A stretch of DNA of 63,862 nucleotides, filler included, from Octopus bimaculoides (lineage: Eukaryota), in NCBI RefSeq assembly GCF_001194135.2. It is 5 parts of 4 records of this genome, joined end to end, with 100 filler letters (N's around TTAATTAATTAA, not from the genome) between each part and the next. Parts side by side here need not be neighbours in the genome. Positions count along the whole stretch, not along the records: positions 10,445 to 37,817 come from NC_068982.1; 4 more parts are not named here. The stretch is one strand, 5' to 3'. Numbering within the stretch: position 1 is the first letter of the stretch; every line of letters starts with the position of its first letter. Shown here one piece after another: positions 12,100 through 25,249 of the stretch. The position numbers were made by a program, and so were the translations under genes. The notes under the pieces were generated by a model that saw nothing but the letters and a program-made list of their open reading frames with translations, made no database searches and was not told the DNA's origin.

Positions 12100-12490
12100 G
12101 ATGGTACATATGTTTGCCCCTTTATCCCAAACAACAATATCCGGCCTGTTAGGTTTACATTTGACAAATTTTGATGAGAATATTCCACCAGTATTCCTTG
12201 AATTGGTGTTTATGAATGCGTTCCATAACAGAGGGATTTTCTAAGTTTATTTCACGACAGTCTCTTTTACGGATGTCATTGTAAATTGTTTTAACAACTA
12301 CATCGTGCCACATAGGGAGGTAGTACCATGAGGACATTTTAGGACAGCTGCTAATCACATGCATGATGTCTTCCACAGAAACACGACACATGCAATTGCA
12401 CCTTGGAATTACAAGAGCGTTACTGTCTCTCTTGTTCACCAGGTACTTTGTGGCAATCTCCTGTTCCTGGAATGCAAATTCATAGCCCTC
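12100..12490 (-). mobile_element. RLE-type LINE fragment (CCHC knuckle plus start of endonuclease)
   Basis: EGYEFAFQEQEIATKYLVNKR...CMCRVSVEDIMHVISSCPKMSSWYYLPMWHDVVVKTIYN...EYWWNILIK / CKPNRPDIVVWDK. Same family as 26290-26990. Confidence 0.85.
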
Positions 12491-12557
12491 ATGTATGTAT
12501 GTATGTATGTATGTATGTATGTATGTATGTATGTATGTATGTGTCTGTCTGTCTGTG

Positions 12558-12590
<33 letters not shown>

Positions 12591-12628
12591 GTATGTATGC
12601 ATGTATGTATGTATGTATGTATGTATCT

Positions 12629-12659
<31 letters not shown>

Positions 12660-12669
12660 TATCTATCTA

Positions 12670-12728
<59 letters not shown>

Positions 12729-12904
12729 GCCTGCCTGTCTATGTATCTATCTATCTATCTAATCTACCTATCTATCTATCTCCTTCTTTCTCCCCCTCTC
12801 ACACCCTCAATTTCCCTCTTTCTGCCTTCTCACTCTAGCTCTCTCTTTCCCCTTCACTCTCTCAAACTCCTTCTTTCTCCCTCTCTCTATCTTTCTAGCT
12901 ATTG

Positions 12905-12938
<34 letters not shown>

Positions 12939-13330
12939 TTATCTATCTATCATTCTGTCTTTCTCTCTCTTTCTCTCTTTCACTCCCTCTCACTCATTCC
13001 TCATTCTCATATTATCTCATAACTCTCTTTATCTCTCAACATGTTTTTCACCCTATCACATTTCTTTTCCCATAATGCACCTCTTTTACACACCTTTTCT
13101 TTTGTTATGTTTTTCTTCATTCTCTCCCCTTATTTCCTCCCCACCTATCACACTTCTTGGTTCCTTTCCTTTCTCACTGACCTTTCCCTTAACTTTCTCT
13201 TCCTTTCATCTGACCTGTCCCTCCTATGCTCCTCTCTCCCTCCCCTCCTATGCTCCTCTCTCTCTCCTCCTCCTGTGTTCCTCTCTCCCTCCCCTCCTAT
13301 GCTCCTCTTTCCCCCCCTCTCTCTCATTGA
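12490..13330. repeat. Compound tetranucleotide microsatellites (ATGT/CTGT/CTAT/CAAT) and CT-rich tract
   Basis: Directly visible. Confidence 0.95.
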
Positions 13331-13554
13331 GTTTCACTGAGGTGGTTGTCTCCTGTCTTTGAACTGGACCCTGATCCCCTCTTTACCTTTTAAAAACAAA
13401 CCTTGTTGGGCTGGGGTGGGCGAGTGGGTTCTGTCTGTGACGCTGACTTCATTCTGAAGGTCAAAATGCAATAAACAATGAAAGAAAATAAGGAAAAAGA
13501 AAAACGAAAAACAAATAGCAAAAATATCAAAATAACACAGTAGTAGTAGTAATG

Positions 13555-13589
<35 letters not shown>

Positions 13590-13591
<2 letters not shown>

Positions 13592-13880
13592 ATTCGTTTT
13601 ATTGGCCACAAGGGCTAATATCAAAAACATGTAAGGACAAAGACAGGACGAAGGTTACAAAAGGTTTTGTCCAAAAAGGTAGAAACGTTTGTCTAAACAG
13701 AGGAAGAAAACAGAGAAAGATATAACAAATAAATAGATAAATAAATAAATAAACAAATAAATAAAGAAATAGAAATCCCAAAAGGGGAGACACTTCGAAA
13801 AAGAAAGGTTACATGTGGAAAAACTCATAAAACCACGGTCAGAAAAAATAAGAAAGGGGTATAGAGCCCTTTCTCCTTTT
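13590..13880 (-). mobile_element. LINE (Tx1/L1-like) 3' UTR fragment
   Basis: Minus end agcccttgtggccAATAAAacgaattc(att)n. The same terminus recurs at 14030-14050. Confidence 0.5.
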
Positions 13881-14217
13881 ACATCACCTTTTTTTTTCTA
13901 CAGGTGTATAATGATAATAATGATTTCATTTATGTGCCATGTGGGTAAAAGATGAGGGGGACAATATAAAGTGTAGGGGTTTACATATAATGAAATGATA
14001 AAAAAAGAAAATGAAAGGAAGCAATGGTTTCTTTATTGGCCACAAGGGCTGAACACTAACCACAGTAAGGTGACAATCTCCTGTTCCTGGATTGCAAATA
14101 CATAGCCCTCATGTATGTATGTATGTATGTATGTATGTATGTATGTATGTATGTATGTTTGTATGTATGTATGTTTGTATGTATGTATGTATGTATGTAT
14201 GTATGTATGTATGTTTG

Positions 14218-14248
<31 letters not shown>

Positions 14249-14639
14249 CTATCTATCTATCTGTATGTATGTATATGTCTGTCTGTCTGTATGTCTGTCT
14301 GTCTATCTATCTATCTCTCTAGGGACTAGCAGGGTTTAGTACAAATAACAATTAACAATGAAATTAAACAATAAAATCCCCAAAAGTGTGGAGTTTGTTC
14401 CAAGGGGGCAATTGAGGAACCCCACACATCCTGGTTATCCTGGCTGCCAGGTGCACCTCAATAATAATAATAATAATAATAAAATCTATAGAAATCTAAA
14501 TATAAGAGAATTCTAAAATTCAATAAAATATATAAGGAGAAAATTGTTTCTGTTGATTCCCCGTCCTCCCCTCCTGTTTTATTTGGTATTGCTATTTACT
14601 TTTCATTGGTGACATTATTGCAGTCCAAGGGTTTGTTCA

Positions 14640-15160
14640 GCTGTCACCACCACCATCATGACCACCGCTACCACCACCATCACCATCATCATCACCATCA
14701 CCACAAACATATACACTACTACTACCAACAACATTAACAGAGCCACCACTACCACCACCACCACCACCGCCACTGCCACTGCCACCGCTACCGCCACCAT
14801 CACCATCACCATCACCATCACCATCACCACCACTACCACCACCACCACCACTTCTACCACCACCACCACCACCACTACTCCAAACAGAAACACCACCATC
14901 ACCCACCTTCACCATTACTGCCATCCCACCCCACCCATATGCTTCACCCTCACCACTACCACCATCCTCATCACAAACACACCACCACCACCACCACCAC
15001 TGCCACTGCCACCACTACTGCTGCCGCCGCCGCCACCATCACCACCACCACCACCACCACCATCACCACCACTACCACCACCCTCATCACAAACACATAC
15101 TTCCACAACAAAACCGCCACCACTACCCACACCACAAACAGAAACATCACCACTATGCAA
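14640..15160. repeat. (ACC/ACT/ATC)n trinucleotide low-complexity tract
   Basis: Directly visible. Confidence 0.95.
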
Positions 15161-15339
15161 CCATGAAACAGTATTAGCTTTACTGCAATGGTCAAATGAG
15201 TAGGGAAAATATCTCAATATTTGAAAAGTGCATCTAGATACTTAGTTGTATCCCCTCTATATTTTGAGTTCAAACCCTACAAAGGCAATTTTTATCATTC
15301 ATCATTCCTAAATGGAGGAAGGAATCAATAACATAAATA

Positions 15340-16205
15340 CTCACGTGGCTGTGTGGTAAGAAGTCTACTTTCTCAGCCACATAGGTTCTGGGTTTTAATC
15401 CCACTCATGTGGCACCTTGGGCAAGTGTTTTCTACTACAGCCCGAGTCCAACTAAAGCCTTGTCAGTGGATTTGGAGGATGGAAACTGAAAGAAGCCCAT
15501 TGTATATGTATGTATACACCTGTGTATGCCTTTGTTGTGTGTGTTTGTCTCACACCACCACTTGTCAATCAGTGTTGGTTTGTTTACATCTCCATTGCTT
15601 AAAGGTTCAGCAAAAGAAGCCAATAGAATTGTAGTGACGTCATTTTGAGGGTCTCCAGCACGCATGCACAGAAAACTAGCAGCAGCAGAGTTCTCTTGTA
15701 TCCCAAACTCGAGACACAGCAGCTGAACTATGCAAACATGTCTTCAGCAGCTCTCTGTTCGCCTCTGCTGCTGACCGGTATTAGACCAGCTCGGTGTTTG
15801 ACCAGCCCGGTATTTGACCAGCTTGGTATTTGACCAGCTTGGTATTTGACCAGCTCTGTGTAGCTGGATTTCTGTGAAGAATGCCTTCACAAAGTATGAA
15901 TAACTCCGACTTTGCTGCTTCCACACCAGACCTGGCTACTGATTGTCCCAAGGTGTAAATCTTGTACATACAAAATAAAAGGATTGTTTTTTGTTCGGAT
16001 GTTTCTTGTTCCAATATTTTTCCTCTAACATTTATGTAAGGAATTGTGTAGCACCCTTCCAGTGCCAACCATTTTACCTCTTACAGAATAAATAACAGGC
16101 TTAACAAAAAAAAAAGTAGTAAGGTTGATTTGTTCAACTAAAATTTCTTCAAGGCTATGCCCCAGCATGGCCACAGTCAAATGACTGTAACAAGTAAAAT
16201 ATAGC
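15340..16205 (+). mobile_element. SINE-B split by a solo LTR
   Basis: Head at 15345. Body breaks at ...gccaataGAAT (15629) and resumes at GAATaaataacaggctt (16086), running to gactgtaacaagtaaaat. Confidence 0.85.
15630..16085. mobile_element. Solo LTR (456 bp) with 4-bp TSD GAAT
   Basis: Termini TGTAG...TTACA. GAAT at 15626-15629 and 16086-16089. AATAAA at 15974. 5x16-bp tandem repeat at 15776-15855. Confidence 0.8.
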
Positions 16206-16440
16206 ACCGTGCAATACGATTTTTGTCCTTGGGTAGCAATTATTGCTTCCTATTTGCTTACCCCTAGAAACTTTGTAAAATGGCTAATATTTCCTTCCAA
16301 CTTTGCTTTTGTTACATTTATTCAAACCCCAAAGAATCCCTCTGAATACATGGCTGTTATGTTCCCTAACTAATCCTGCTCTTGATCAGAGATGAACATA
16401 TTGTCAGCCACCAAGGAACATGTTCAATTTCAAACAATGC
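16205..16440 (-). mobile_element. Dispersed repeat family D, tail variant D2
   Basis: Matches 9270-9460. Confidence 0.75.
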
Positions 16441-16458
16441 CATAGCTTGATTGTTCTC

Positions 16459-16560
16459 TTAATCCTTTAGCATTCAGATTCCTCTATCAAATGTCATATT
16501 TACTTATTTGAACATAAAACAAGAAGAATATTTGGGCCAGAGAAGGCTGGTTTAACCCAT
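16459..16560 (-). mobile_element. Internally deleted piggyBac-type (TTAA) MITE
   Basis: TTAAtcctttagcattcaga end, and its inner part is the reverse complement of the 28319 copy. Confidence 0.55.
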
Positions 16561-16589
16561 TAAGTCCCAGAGTACTTAAATTTCTGAAT

Positions 16590-16885
16590 CATCATCATCG
16601 TTTAGCGTCCGCTTTCCATACTAGCATGGGTTGGACGATTTGACTGAGGACTGGCAAACCAGACCAGATGGCTGCACCAGGCTCCAATCTGATCTGGCAG
16701 AGTTTCTACAGCTGGATGCCCTTCCTAACGCCACCCACTCCAAGAGTGTAGTGGGTGCTTTTATGTGCCACCAGCACGAGGGCTATTCAGGCTGAACTGG
16801 CAACGGCCACACTCAAATGTTGTTTTTTATGTGCCACCTGCACAGGAGCCAGTCCAGCAACACTGGCAACGACCTCACTCGAATG
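16590..16885 (-). mobile_element. SINE-C (RTE-associated)
   Basis: (catc)n gtttagcgtccgctttccatactagcatgggttggacg...ggatgcccttcctaacgcc. Confidence 0.85.
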
Positions 16886-16959
16886 TATTACTTTTGAATT
16901 TTTACAGATGATTGAAAATAAGTTAAAATGAAAAAAATAATTACTAAAACTCCCTTACT

Positions 16960-17290
16960 TCAAGTAGAAATGGAATTGACCCTAAGATGTGAAGCAGCAT
17001 GATGTCACCATCACTGGAAACAGATGCAAAGACTGCTACAGTTTGGAGTAACTTGGTTTTCACACTGTCCATGTCACATCTTACATCTTTTACAGTATTC
17101 TAAGAGCATTGAGCAGCAGTCATGATGTTGGCATTTTGATACCCAGCATGAGTCATCCTGATGCAGTTAACTCTTTTCCAATATCCAGATGGCTTTTAAC
17201 CTTCCTTGTCAACTATAACTTTTATGTTTATGCTCTCCAACACCATTGACCGTTCACCGTTCATCAAGCTATTCCTGAAAAAAGGGTATA
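16960..17290 (-). mobile_element. Internally deleted Tc1/mariner-like transposase remnant
   Basis: Minus: MTHAGYQNANIMTAAQCS*NTVKDVR (HTH-like) joined to KTKLLQTVAVFASVSSDGDIMLLHI (resembles the VMVFGVVSSEGHIMPPH block). Confidence 0.45.
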
Positions 17291-17361
17291 TAAACACTGT
17301 CAAATTTAATTCAAGCATACACACACACAGACACACACACACACAGACACACAAACACACA

Positions 17362-17428
<67 letters not shown>

Positions 17429-17584
17429 GATGGGCTTAATTCAGTTTCTGCCTACCAAATTCACTCACAAGAATTTGGTGGCTATTGTAGAATACACTTG
17501 CCCAATGTCCCACACAGTGGAACTGAACCCAGAACCATGTGCTTGGAAAATAAACTTCTTATCATGTACCCATGCCTGCATCTC

Positions 17585-17980
17585 TTTTACTCTTTTACTT
17601 GTTTCAGTCATTTGACTGTGGCCATGTTGGAGCACCACCTTTAGTCAAGCAAATCGACCCCAGGACTTATTCTTTGTAAGCCTAGCACTTATTCTATCGG
17701 CCTCTTTTTCCAAACCGCTAAGTTATGGTGACATAAACACACCAGCATCAGTTATCAAGCGATGTTGGGGGGGACGAACACAGACACACAAGCACACACA
17801 TATATATACATATACATATATACGACGGGCTTCTTTCAGTTTCCGTCTACCAAATCCACTCACAAGGCTTTGGTTGGCCCGAGGCTATAGTAGAAGACAC
17901 TTGCCCAAGGTGCCATGCAGTGGGACTGAACCCGGAACCATGTGGTCGGTAAGCAAGCTACTTACCACACAGCCACTCCT
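17585..17980 (-). mobile_element. SINE-B, full length
   Basis: Complete head, central (CA/TA)n and 3' half ending gactgaaacaagtaaaagagtaaaagag. Confidence 0.92.
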
Positions 17981-18439
17981 AAAAGCAAAACCAACACCAG
18001 AAGAATGAAAATGAACTCTGAGTTTAAAGGATCATAACAAAGTACCAAAAGGTATTATAGTCTGATGCTGTATTAGTTCTGTCACTCAAATGTCTCTGCA
18101 TTGCATTACAATATCAGTTTCTGTCATTTGATGTTAGCTCACAGATTATTAGAAAAGGGAAGGTTTATGGACATTTGATTCAATACTTGATCTCTCTGTA
18201 ATATAACTTGTATTTATTTTAAGGACTTTGGCAGGATGAAAGTTAAAAATCAACTGAAATCCTTTTTAAACCCACTGAGTTGAAAAGCAGAATTAAACAT
18301 TGCACAGGAGGAAAAATGAAATAAAATATCTAAAGATATTCTAATTTTTTATGCTATTCAATATGCAATTTTAAATATTTACTTAATTATTCTCTCATTA
18401 CTATTTTCGCAATTATAATCTATTGACTTTTATCTTTTA

Positions 18440-18720
18440 CATGTTTCAATCATTGGACTATGGCCATGCTGGGGCACTGTGTTGAAGGGTTTAGTCAAAC
18501 AAATCAAACCCAGTACTTATGTATTTTTTGAAGTCTGGTACTTATTCTATCAATCTCTTTTGCCAAACTTCTAAGCCACAGGAATGTAAACAAACCAACA
18601 ACAGTTGTTAAGGGATAATCACAAGCACAAAGATACACACACAAATACATACATACATATATGTATATACACACCAGCATCAGTTGTCAAGCAATGGTGG
18701 GGGGACAAACACAGACACAC
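18440..18720 (-). mobile_element. SINE-B 3' half
   Basis: Similar to 17585-17780. Confidence 0.75.
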
Positions 18721-18723
18721 AAC

Positions 18724-18782
<59 letters not shown>

Positions 18783-18839
18783 GGCATGCTAACGTTTCTG
18801 CCAGCTTGCTGCCTTGATAAATATATATATATATATTGT

Positions 18840-19073
18840 TGTAGTGACAAAGTGGTCACTATAAAGTCACATAGTCAGTCGTTATAGGAGGTCAGTTGTA
18901 GTAGAGTCGTTGTATGAGTTCTCAGTTGGAGTCAGTGTCAGTTACCTTAGACATACGAGTTTGAGTTACCGTCTAGGTAGATGTTTCAATGTCATTGTCT
19001 TGTGGAGCTACCAGCAATAGCACAATAGATGAGTCAAAGATAATAAGACGGGGAATACTGCCACAACATAACA
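18840..19073 (+). mobile_element. 5' LTR of the Gypsy element, followed by PBS-like TGG at 19075
   Basis: TGTAGTGAC...CATAACA then gTGGtggtacg. Homologous inverted copy at 28751-28990. Confidence 0.75.
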
Positions 19074-21520
19074 GTGGTGGTACGAATATTACGATGCCGA
19101 CTGCAACATACGAGTGGATGAGGATCCACATTATAACAGTGGTGACAAGGACATAAACAATTCACATGAACAACGGAGGAAAAAAAAATTTTTTCATGGG
19201 AAAGCAATTCATGTGGATGACATTGAAAAAAAATAGAGGAGTAACAAACAATTTTGTTGTACATCTTTTACAAAAAATTTGGAAAATTATTGGAAAATTC
19301 GTTAGAGATTCTAGTTGAGTTGCAAAAACAGCAACAATAACAATTCAAAGAACAACAACAATTGTTACAGCAACAAATGCTACAACTAATGAAGTTGGTA
19401 GCAAAACCAGAAAATATGTTTTCACCAGCCCATGTAGCAAATTCAATAAATGAATTTAGATATGAAACATAGAAGAAGGAGTCACTTTTGAGGCATATTA
19501 CAGATTTGAACAAATTTTCAAAAAAGAACGCCAAGACTGGATAGATGAAATGAAAACATCTATTCTGAGGAAACTGTAACTTTATATTGCCTAAAAATGT
19601 TTCTGGCATAAATTTCATGGATACAGTTGACATTTTATGTAGGATGCTTAATGAAAAAATATAGCACATTGGAAGTGTTTGAACACTGAGAAAAGTGATG
19701 ACGAAGACTTTACCACATATGTGGGTAGAGTAAACAGAGAGTGCGAGAGATTTATACTGGATAAACTAAATCCAGACTCATTCAGGTGACTGGATTTTGT
19801 TCAGGGATTCACTGCTAAAAAAGACACAGAAGTCAGAAAGAAAATTCTCGCAAAGCTGGAAATGAACCCGGATATAATCTCCAGAAACTGTCAGAAGCAT
19901 GCAATATGATATTAAAAGTAAGGCACGACACAGAAGAAATCCAACGCAGAGATGGTTTACAGATAAAACCAGCGTGGAAGAGTCGGAAGATGGATAAAGT
20001 GTTTCACAAAAAACATGATACACAACGGGAGATAAACCTTTGTAGGCACCTGAGAAAAGAGTGTTGATTCAAAGAAGCAAAGTGCTTTCATTGTGGGAAC
20101 ACAGGTCACATTAAATCGCACTGCAGAACTAAGACAAAAAATTGGACCAGACAAGTAAAAATAAATAGTTTGTCATCAGAGATAAAAGTTTATACAACAA
20201 ACAGAAAATTTGTCAAAGTGAAAATTGAAACTGTCAAAATGCAATTAGAAATGGGTAGTGTTATTAGTATCATAAATGAAGAAACATGGCGACAAATTGG
20301 TAAGCCAAAATTATTTAAATCAAATAAAGTAGTATATTGTGTTACAGAAAAGAAATTATATTTCATTGGTGAATGTATTTGCAATGTAACTTTCCAAAGT
20401 GAAACAAAAAGGACAATCATTTATATGTTGGAAAAATTCCTAAACCTATTTGGCACAGAGTGCATGGAGTTATTTAAAATGTGGCATTAGTGTTCCCTGT
20501 GAAAATGTAGTTGGCATGGTTAAAAGTTCAAATGAAGGTGAACAACAGAGACAAAAAAATTTTTTTAATTGTTTCCAAGTGTTTTTCTTTGAAGGATTAG
20601 GCTGTTGCACTAAAACAAAAATGAGGATTGTGGTAAAAGAAAAGGTAACACCTGCTTTTAGGCCCAAATGAAACGTGTCGTTTGCAGCATCAGCCCACAT
20701 CAATAAAGAGCTGGAAAGACTAGAAAGTCTAGATATAAGTGAAAAAGTTGACCATTCAGACTGGGCAGCTCTGACAGTTTATGTAAAGAAAAAAAAAACT
20801 ATGAGAGTGTGTGGACTTTTCAACTGGATTAAATAACTGTTTAGTCGAACACAATTATCCATTACCAAGCCCAGAAGAAGTGTTCTCAAAACTAAATGGA
20901 GGAAAAATTTTCTTAAAGTTAGACCGCTCAGAGGCCTATCTTCAGATACAGGTAGAGGAAAATGGTGCACATCTTTTAACAATCAACACACATCGTGGAT
21001 TATATAAATTCAAGTGGCTTCTTTTTGGAGTAAAAGTGGAACCTGCCATATTCTAACAAGTGATGGATGCAATGTTAATTGATTGCGACTTTGCTATTGC
21101 TTATCTCAATGATATTTTGATAAAGAGTGAGTCAGTGGAGCAACACTTTGAACATATTAAAAAAGTATTCGGAATAATAAATGAATACGGGTTTAGATTA
21201 ACAGAGGAAAAGTGTGAATTTTTATGAAAAAAAATCAAATATTTAGGTCAAGAAATTGATGAAAAGGGATGAGGGCCAGACCCATCAAGGGTGATGGCAA
21301 TACAGAATATGCCTCCCCCAATAAGTGTCAAATTGTTACAAGTATTTTTAGGATTGGTAAACTACTATCAAGTATATATCCCAGACACATACAACACAAG
21401 GGTTCCACTAAATGAGCTGTTAAAAAAGGATGCCAAATGGTTTTGGTCAGAAAAATGCCAGAAGGCATTTGAGGAACTAAAAAGCATGTTAAATTCAGAC
21501 TTGTCACTTACACACTGTTG
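18840..21520 (+). mobile_element. Decayed Ty3/Gypsy LTR retrotransposon (K02A2.6-like gag-pol), 3'-truncated
   Basis: gag: EEGVTFEAYY...VNRECERF. CCHC knuckle CFHCGNTGHIKSHC at 20083-20124. Protease region 20170-20490. RT: DFSTGLN...YPLPSPEE...TINTHRGLYKF, with YLND at 21102-21113 in place of YLDD. Connection/RNase H start FLGLVNYY. Many stops and frameshifts, no integrase. Confidence 0.92.
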
Positions 21521-21524
21521 TCCT

Positions 21525-21612
21525 CATCAACAAACAACAAACAAGATGAGGAAAAATATCCGTCGAATGTAAATAATGTAAATAATGTACATAATTCCTC
21601 ATCTCTTAAATA
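21525..21612 (+). mobile_element. Short repeat fragment, probably a Penelope-type terminus, at the Gypsy truncation point
   Basis: caacaaacaagatgaggaaaaatatccgtcgaatgtaaataatgta...aaatatagaactgta. The last motif recurs inverted near 39575. Confidence 0.45.
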
Positions 21613-21865
21613 TAGAACTGTATAGGGTAAATGTGTTTGAAAGTTGTGGTTTCTTTGATATGTTTGTTCCCAAACAACACTAATTTTAGTGACCCTTGAC
21701 ACTGCCAGATTGAATGGTACTGCCCAGATGTTGAAACCATAATGATATCTGAGGGGCAGCTGATGATGGAGGTATGCTGGATTGTTGGTATGGTTGTTTC
21801 TGTATCTGTGGAATAGTATTACAACACATCCTTTTGATATATATATGTATATACACACACACACA

Positions 21866-21910
<45 letters not shown>

Positions 21911-22484
21911 GCATATTTATGTATGTATGTATGTATGTATGTATGTGTGTGTGTGTGTGTACATGTATATATGTGTGTATGTATCCATGTATCTGTGTAT
22001 GTATCTATTTGACAACCTTCATCACAGGTTACACCTGCCAAAGTCCCTTCATACAGTTTACATCAACCTCAGTCTATGGCAAAAATATTCTTGTCCCATG
22101 TGCTGTGCTGTGACACTTAAACTGAGGAACATGGCTATGAATCAAACTTCTTCACCAGACAAGCATGTCGTCACCAAGTAATCCTCTGTGCATTTCCTGA
22201 ATAAGAATTCAGACAAAATGAAAAAAATTTAAAGAGTTATACTTTATATTTGTGTTTTTATATTAGTCTGGCTTCCATTATACCTCTTATCTTCTTGTAA
22301 CCAAAGCAAGTTCTTTAATTAATGTCAATAACCTTGTATAAAGAAAAGAAACATTGAGAAATGTGTAACTGGAAGACAATTCTTGATGAGATTTAACAGA
22401 GTAATTTTAGCTGGCTGGATGAAGAGGAATAACAAGAACAAGAACAAGAACAGCAACAACAACAATAATAATGATAAAGATAAC

Positions 22485-22697
22485 GGTTTCAAATTTTGGA
22501 ACAAGGCTAGCAAGTTCAGGGGAGGGGTAAGTCAATTACATTAACCCCAGCGCATGACTGGTACTTATTTTATTGATGCCAAAAGAACAATAGGCAAAAT
22601 CTACCTTGGTAGAATTTGAACTCGCAATATAAGTATGGATGAAATGCTACTAAGTGTTTTTCCTGGCAGGCTAATGATTTTGCCAGCTCACTGCCCT
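22485..22697 (-). mobile_element. SINE-A copy abutting a long (AAT)n tract (22698-22830)
   Basis: Match to the SINE-A unit. Confidence 0.8.
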
Positions 22698-22706
22698 AAT
22701 AATAAC

Positions 22707-22810
<104 letters not shown>

Positions 22811-23041
22811 CAACAACAATGATAAAAATAATTGATTACATTGATCCCAGTGTTTCACTGATACTTAATTTATGAACCCTGAAAGGATGAAAGGTAAAGT
22901 TAATCATGGTGGAATTTGAACCCAAAAAGCAGCACTAGGCGAAATACCGGTAGATGAATAATGAAGATAGGAGTGAAAAAGCCAATAAACAGTGTTTGAA
23001 GTGTGAGTATATGTATGTGTAAAAGGGAGGTATGTTTGCGT

Positions 23042-23088
<47 letters not shown>

Positions 23089-23101
23089 NNNNNNNNNNCG
23101 T

Positions 23102-23156
<55 letters not shown>

Positions 23157-23279
23157 TGTACAATGGAAATGGGATGGCAATGTTCAACGCTGAAAATGTG
23201 TGAGGATATGTATGTGTGTGTGTGTAGAAGAAAACTATGCGAAACTATGTAAAGAAAATATAAAAGAAATAATCCAGAA

Positions 23280-23380
23280 TCCTTGTCTGATCAGTTTGTG
23301 TCAGTCACAAGGCCAAACATACCTGAAAGTTTCATCTGGATCCCTCCAGCAGTTCTTGAGATATCTTGTCCACAGATAAA
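23280..23380 (-). mobile_element. Possible Helentron/DINE-like non-autonomous core
   Basis: Minus: tctgtggacaagatatctcaagaactgctggagggatccagatgaaactttcagg, resembling DINE-type cores. Confidence 0.35.
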
Positions 23381-23469
23381 CAAACAAAAAAAAAAAAACC
23401 CAAACATGACTGAAAACAATACCTCCGCCATTGCTAAGGTGGAGGCATTAATAGTAATAATAATAATAA

Positions 23470-24040
23470 TGCCCTGATGTAGTACCAGGCAGTGGTTCTC
23501 ATAGCTTCTGATCTTAACTGATTGGAAGTGTTATCATGTACATGTTTTGTCTTGGTATAAAAGATGGGCTATAGCAAATATTCTGCTCAATACCATAGAT
23601 TTGCTTGTCAGTTGTTTGACCATAACAAGTTGAGCATGTCCCTTGGTGGCTGATGATATGTGCATCTCTGATCACGAGCAGAAGTAGCGAGGGAGCATCA
23701 TAACTGTGTGTTGAAAGAAATTCTTTGGGTTTTGAATAATTCGCTATTGGAAACGTGGGTATTTTGTTCAATATCCTTAAACAACCTTTATTCAGGGACC
23801 TTTTGAGTGGGATAGGCTACTTGACCTGAAGAAAATTGTAATTGGGCCCCAGCTGCATGGTCATGCTCTATTTACCTTGATATGAGATCACCATGTTGTG
23901 CACATATGTTTATGATGCATGTGCCTGGTGTACCCTTATCAAATGGGTAGTCATGATGAGTATACTAGGCTTCGTCAAAGTGACACCTAAGTGTCACTTT
24001 GATGGCATGCACTGCTTTCTCACTCGATAATAATAATAAT
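23470..24040 (+). mobile_element. Dispersed repeat family D (retroposed, (ATA)n tail), long copy
   Basis: Ends ggcatgcactgctttctcactcg(ata)n. Colinear with 27065-27480. Confidence 0.85.
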
Positions 24041-24500
24041 AATCCTTTCTATTATAAGCACAAAGCTTGAAAATTAAGAGGAAGGGGCCAGTTGATTAAA
24101 TCGACACCAGTGCACGACTGGTACTTAATTTATCAACCCTGAAAGGATGAAAGGCAAAGTCAACTTCGGTGGAATTTGAACTCAGAACGTAGTAGCAGAT
24201 GAAATGCCACTAAACATTTTGCATGGTATACTAACAATTCTGCCAGCTCACAGCCTTACTCAATAATAATAATCATAACAACAATTCTTTCTAGTATAAG
24301 CACAAGGCCTGAAATTTTGGGAGATGAGATAAGTTGATCACATTAACCCCAGTACTCAGTTGCTATGTAATCCTGTTGATCCCAAAAGAAATGAAAAACA
24401 AAGTTGACTTCAGCAGAATTTTAAAACAGAATGTCAAGCCATAAGAAATGCTGCTGAGCAGTTTGTCCAGCATGCTAATGATTCTGCCAGTTCACTGCCT
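24040..24500 (-). mobile_element. Two tandem SINE-A copies (24040-24260, 24285-24500)
   Basis: Match to the SINE-A unit, CpG-depleted. Confidence 0.85.
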
Positions 24501-24681
24501 TAATAATAAGAATAATAGCTATTTATTTTCTCAGTCAAATTTAATCCATCACTCCAACAGTTCATATGTCAGCCATATTGACACTGCAATGTTGATTTTT
24601 GGTGTTGAGGTTATGCAGACATAAAACACTATATTCAGGTTAGGAAGAGAGAGCATTGTTGTTATTATTATTATTATTATC

Positions 24682-24713
<32 letters not shown>

Positions 24714-25210
24714 CATAATTGTTGATATTTTTGTGGTTGGTGCTGGCAGCAATGATAATTGTGGCTTGTTGGTTATGTGCTAATTTGAAATAATTACTGT
24801 TATATTCCCTTAATTTTATTTTATGAACAGCCGTTAATGTCAATATTATTAGAGTGGGAGAAATATTAATATGTATAAAATAAAAATAAAAGAAAAATTT
24901 GGTGGGCTAATCCTTACTGCTGATCAATTTTAAAATTCTGCTCTATAGATGAATGATGAAAATCAAAAATTAATGAGTCGATAAAATATTCCATTTATAT
25001 ATATATTATATATATATATATACAATGCTTTTCAGCAACTAAACTTAAATGCACAGTTTCAAAGACCCAATAGGTGATTAGGTTACCATTGAAGTTTTGT
25101 CTAATCCTTTAACACCTAAATGTTTTAATATGCAGAAAGATATTTTTTTTTACCTGTTTTCACTTTATTTAAAGGTAAGTAATAAGTTTGATATAAAAAA
25201 AAAAGTTTTC

Positions 25211-25249
<39 letters not shown>

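Noticed and set aside
14615-15217. Mucin-, Gly- or Pro-rich ORFs
   Set aside because: (ACC)n-type low-complexity DNA open in several frames on both strands, with no splice or homology support
15776-15855. Regular direct repeats as a possible CRISPR array
   Set aside because: Head-to-tail 16-mers with no spacers, inside an LTR of a eukaryotic genome
17900-17980. tRNA-like sequences in SINE heads (also 15345, 28520, 33700-33778)
   Set aside because: They continue into SINE bodies and lack a proper acceptor stem, so they are not tRNA genes
22287-22336. Minus-strand exon candidate after a strong polypyrimidine acceptor
   Set aside because: All three frames hit a stop before the donor
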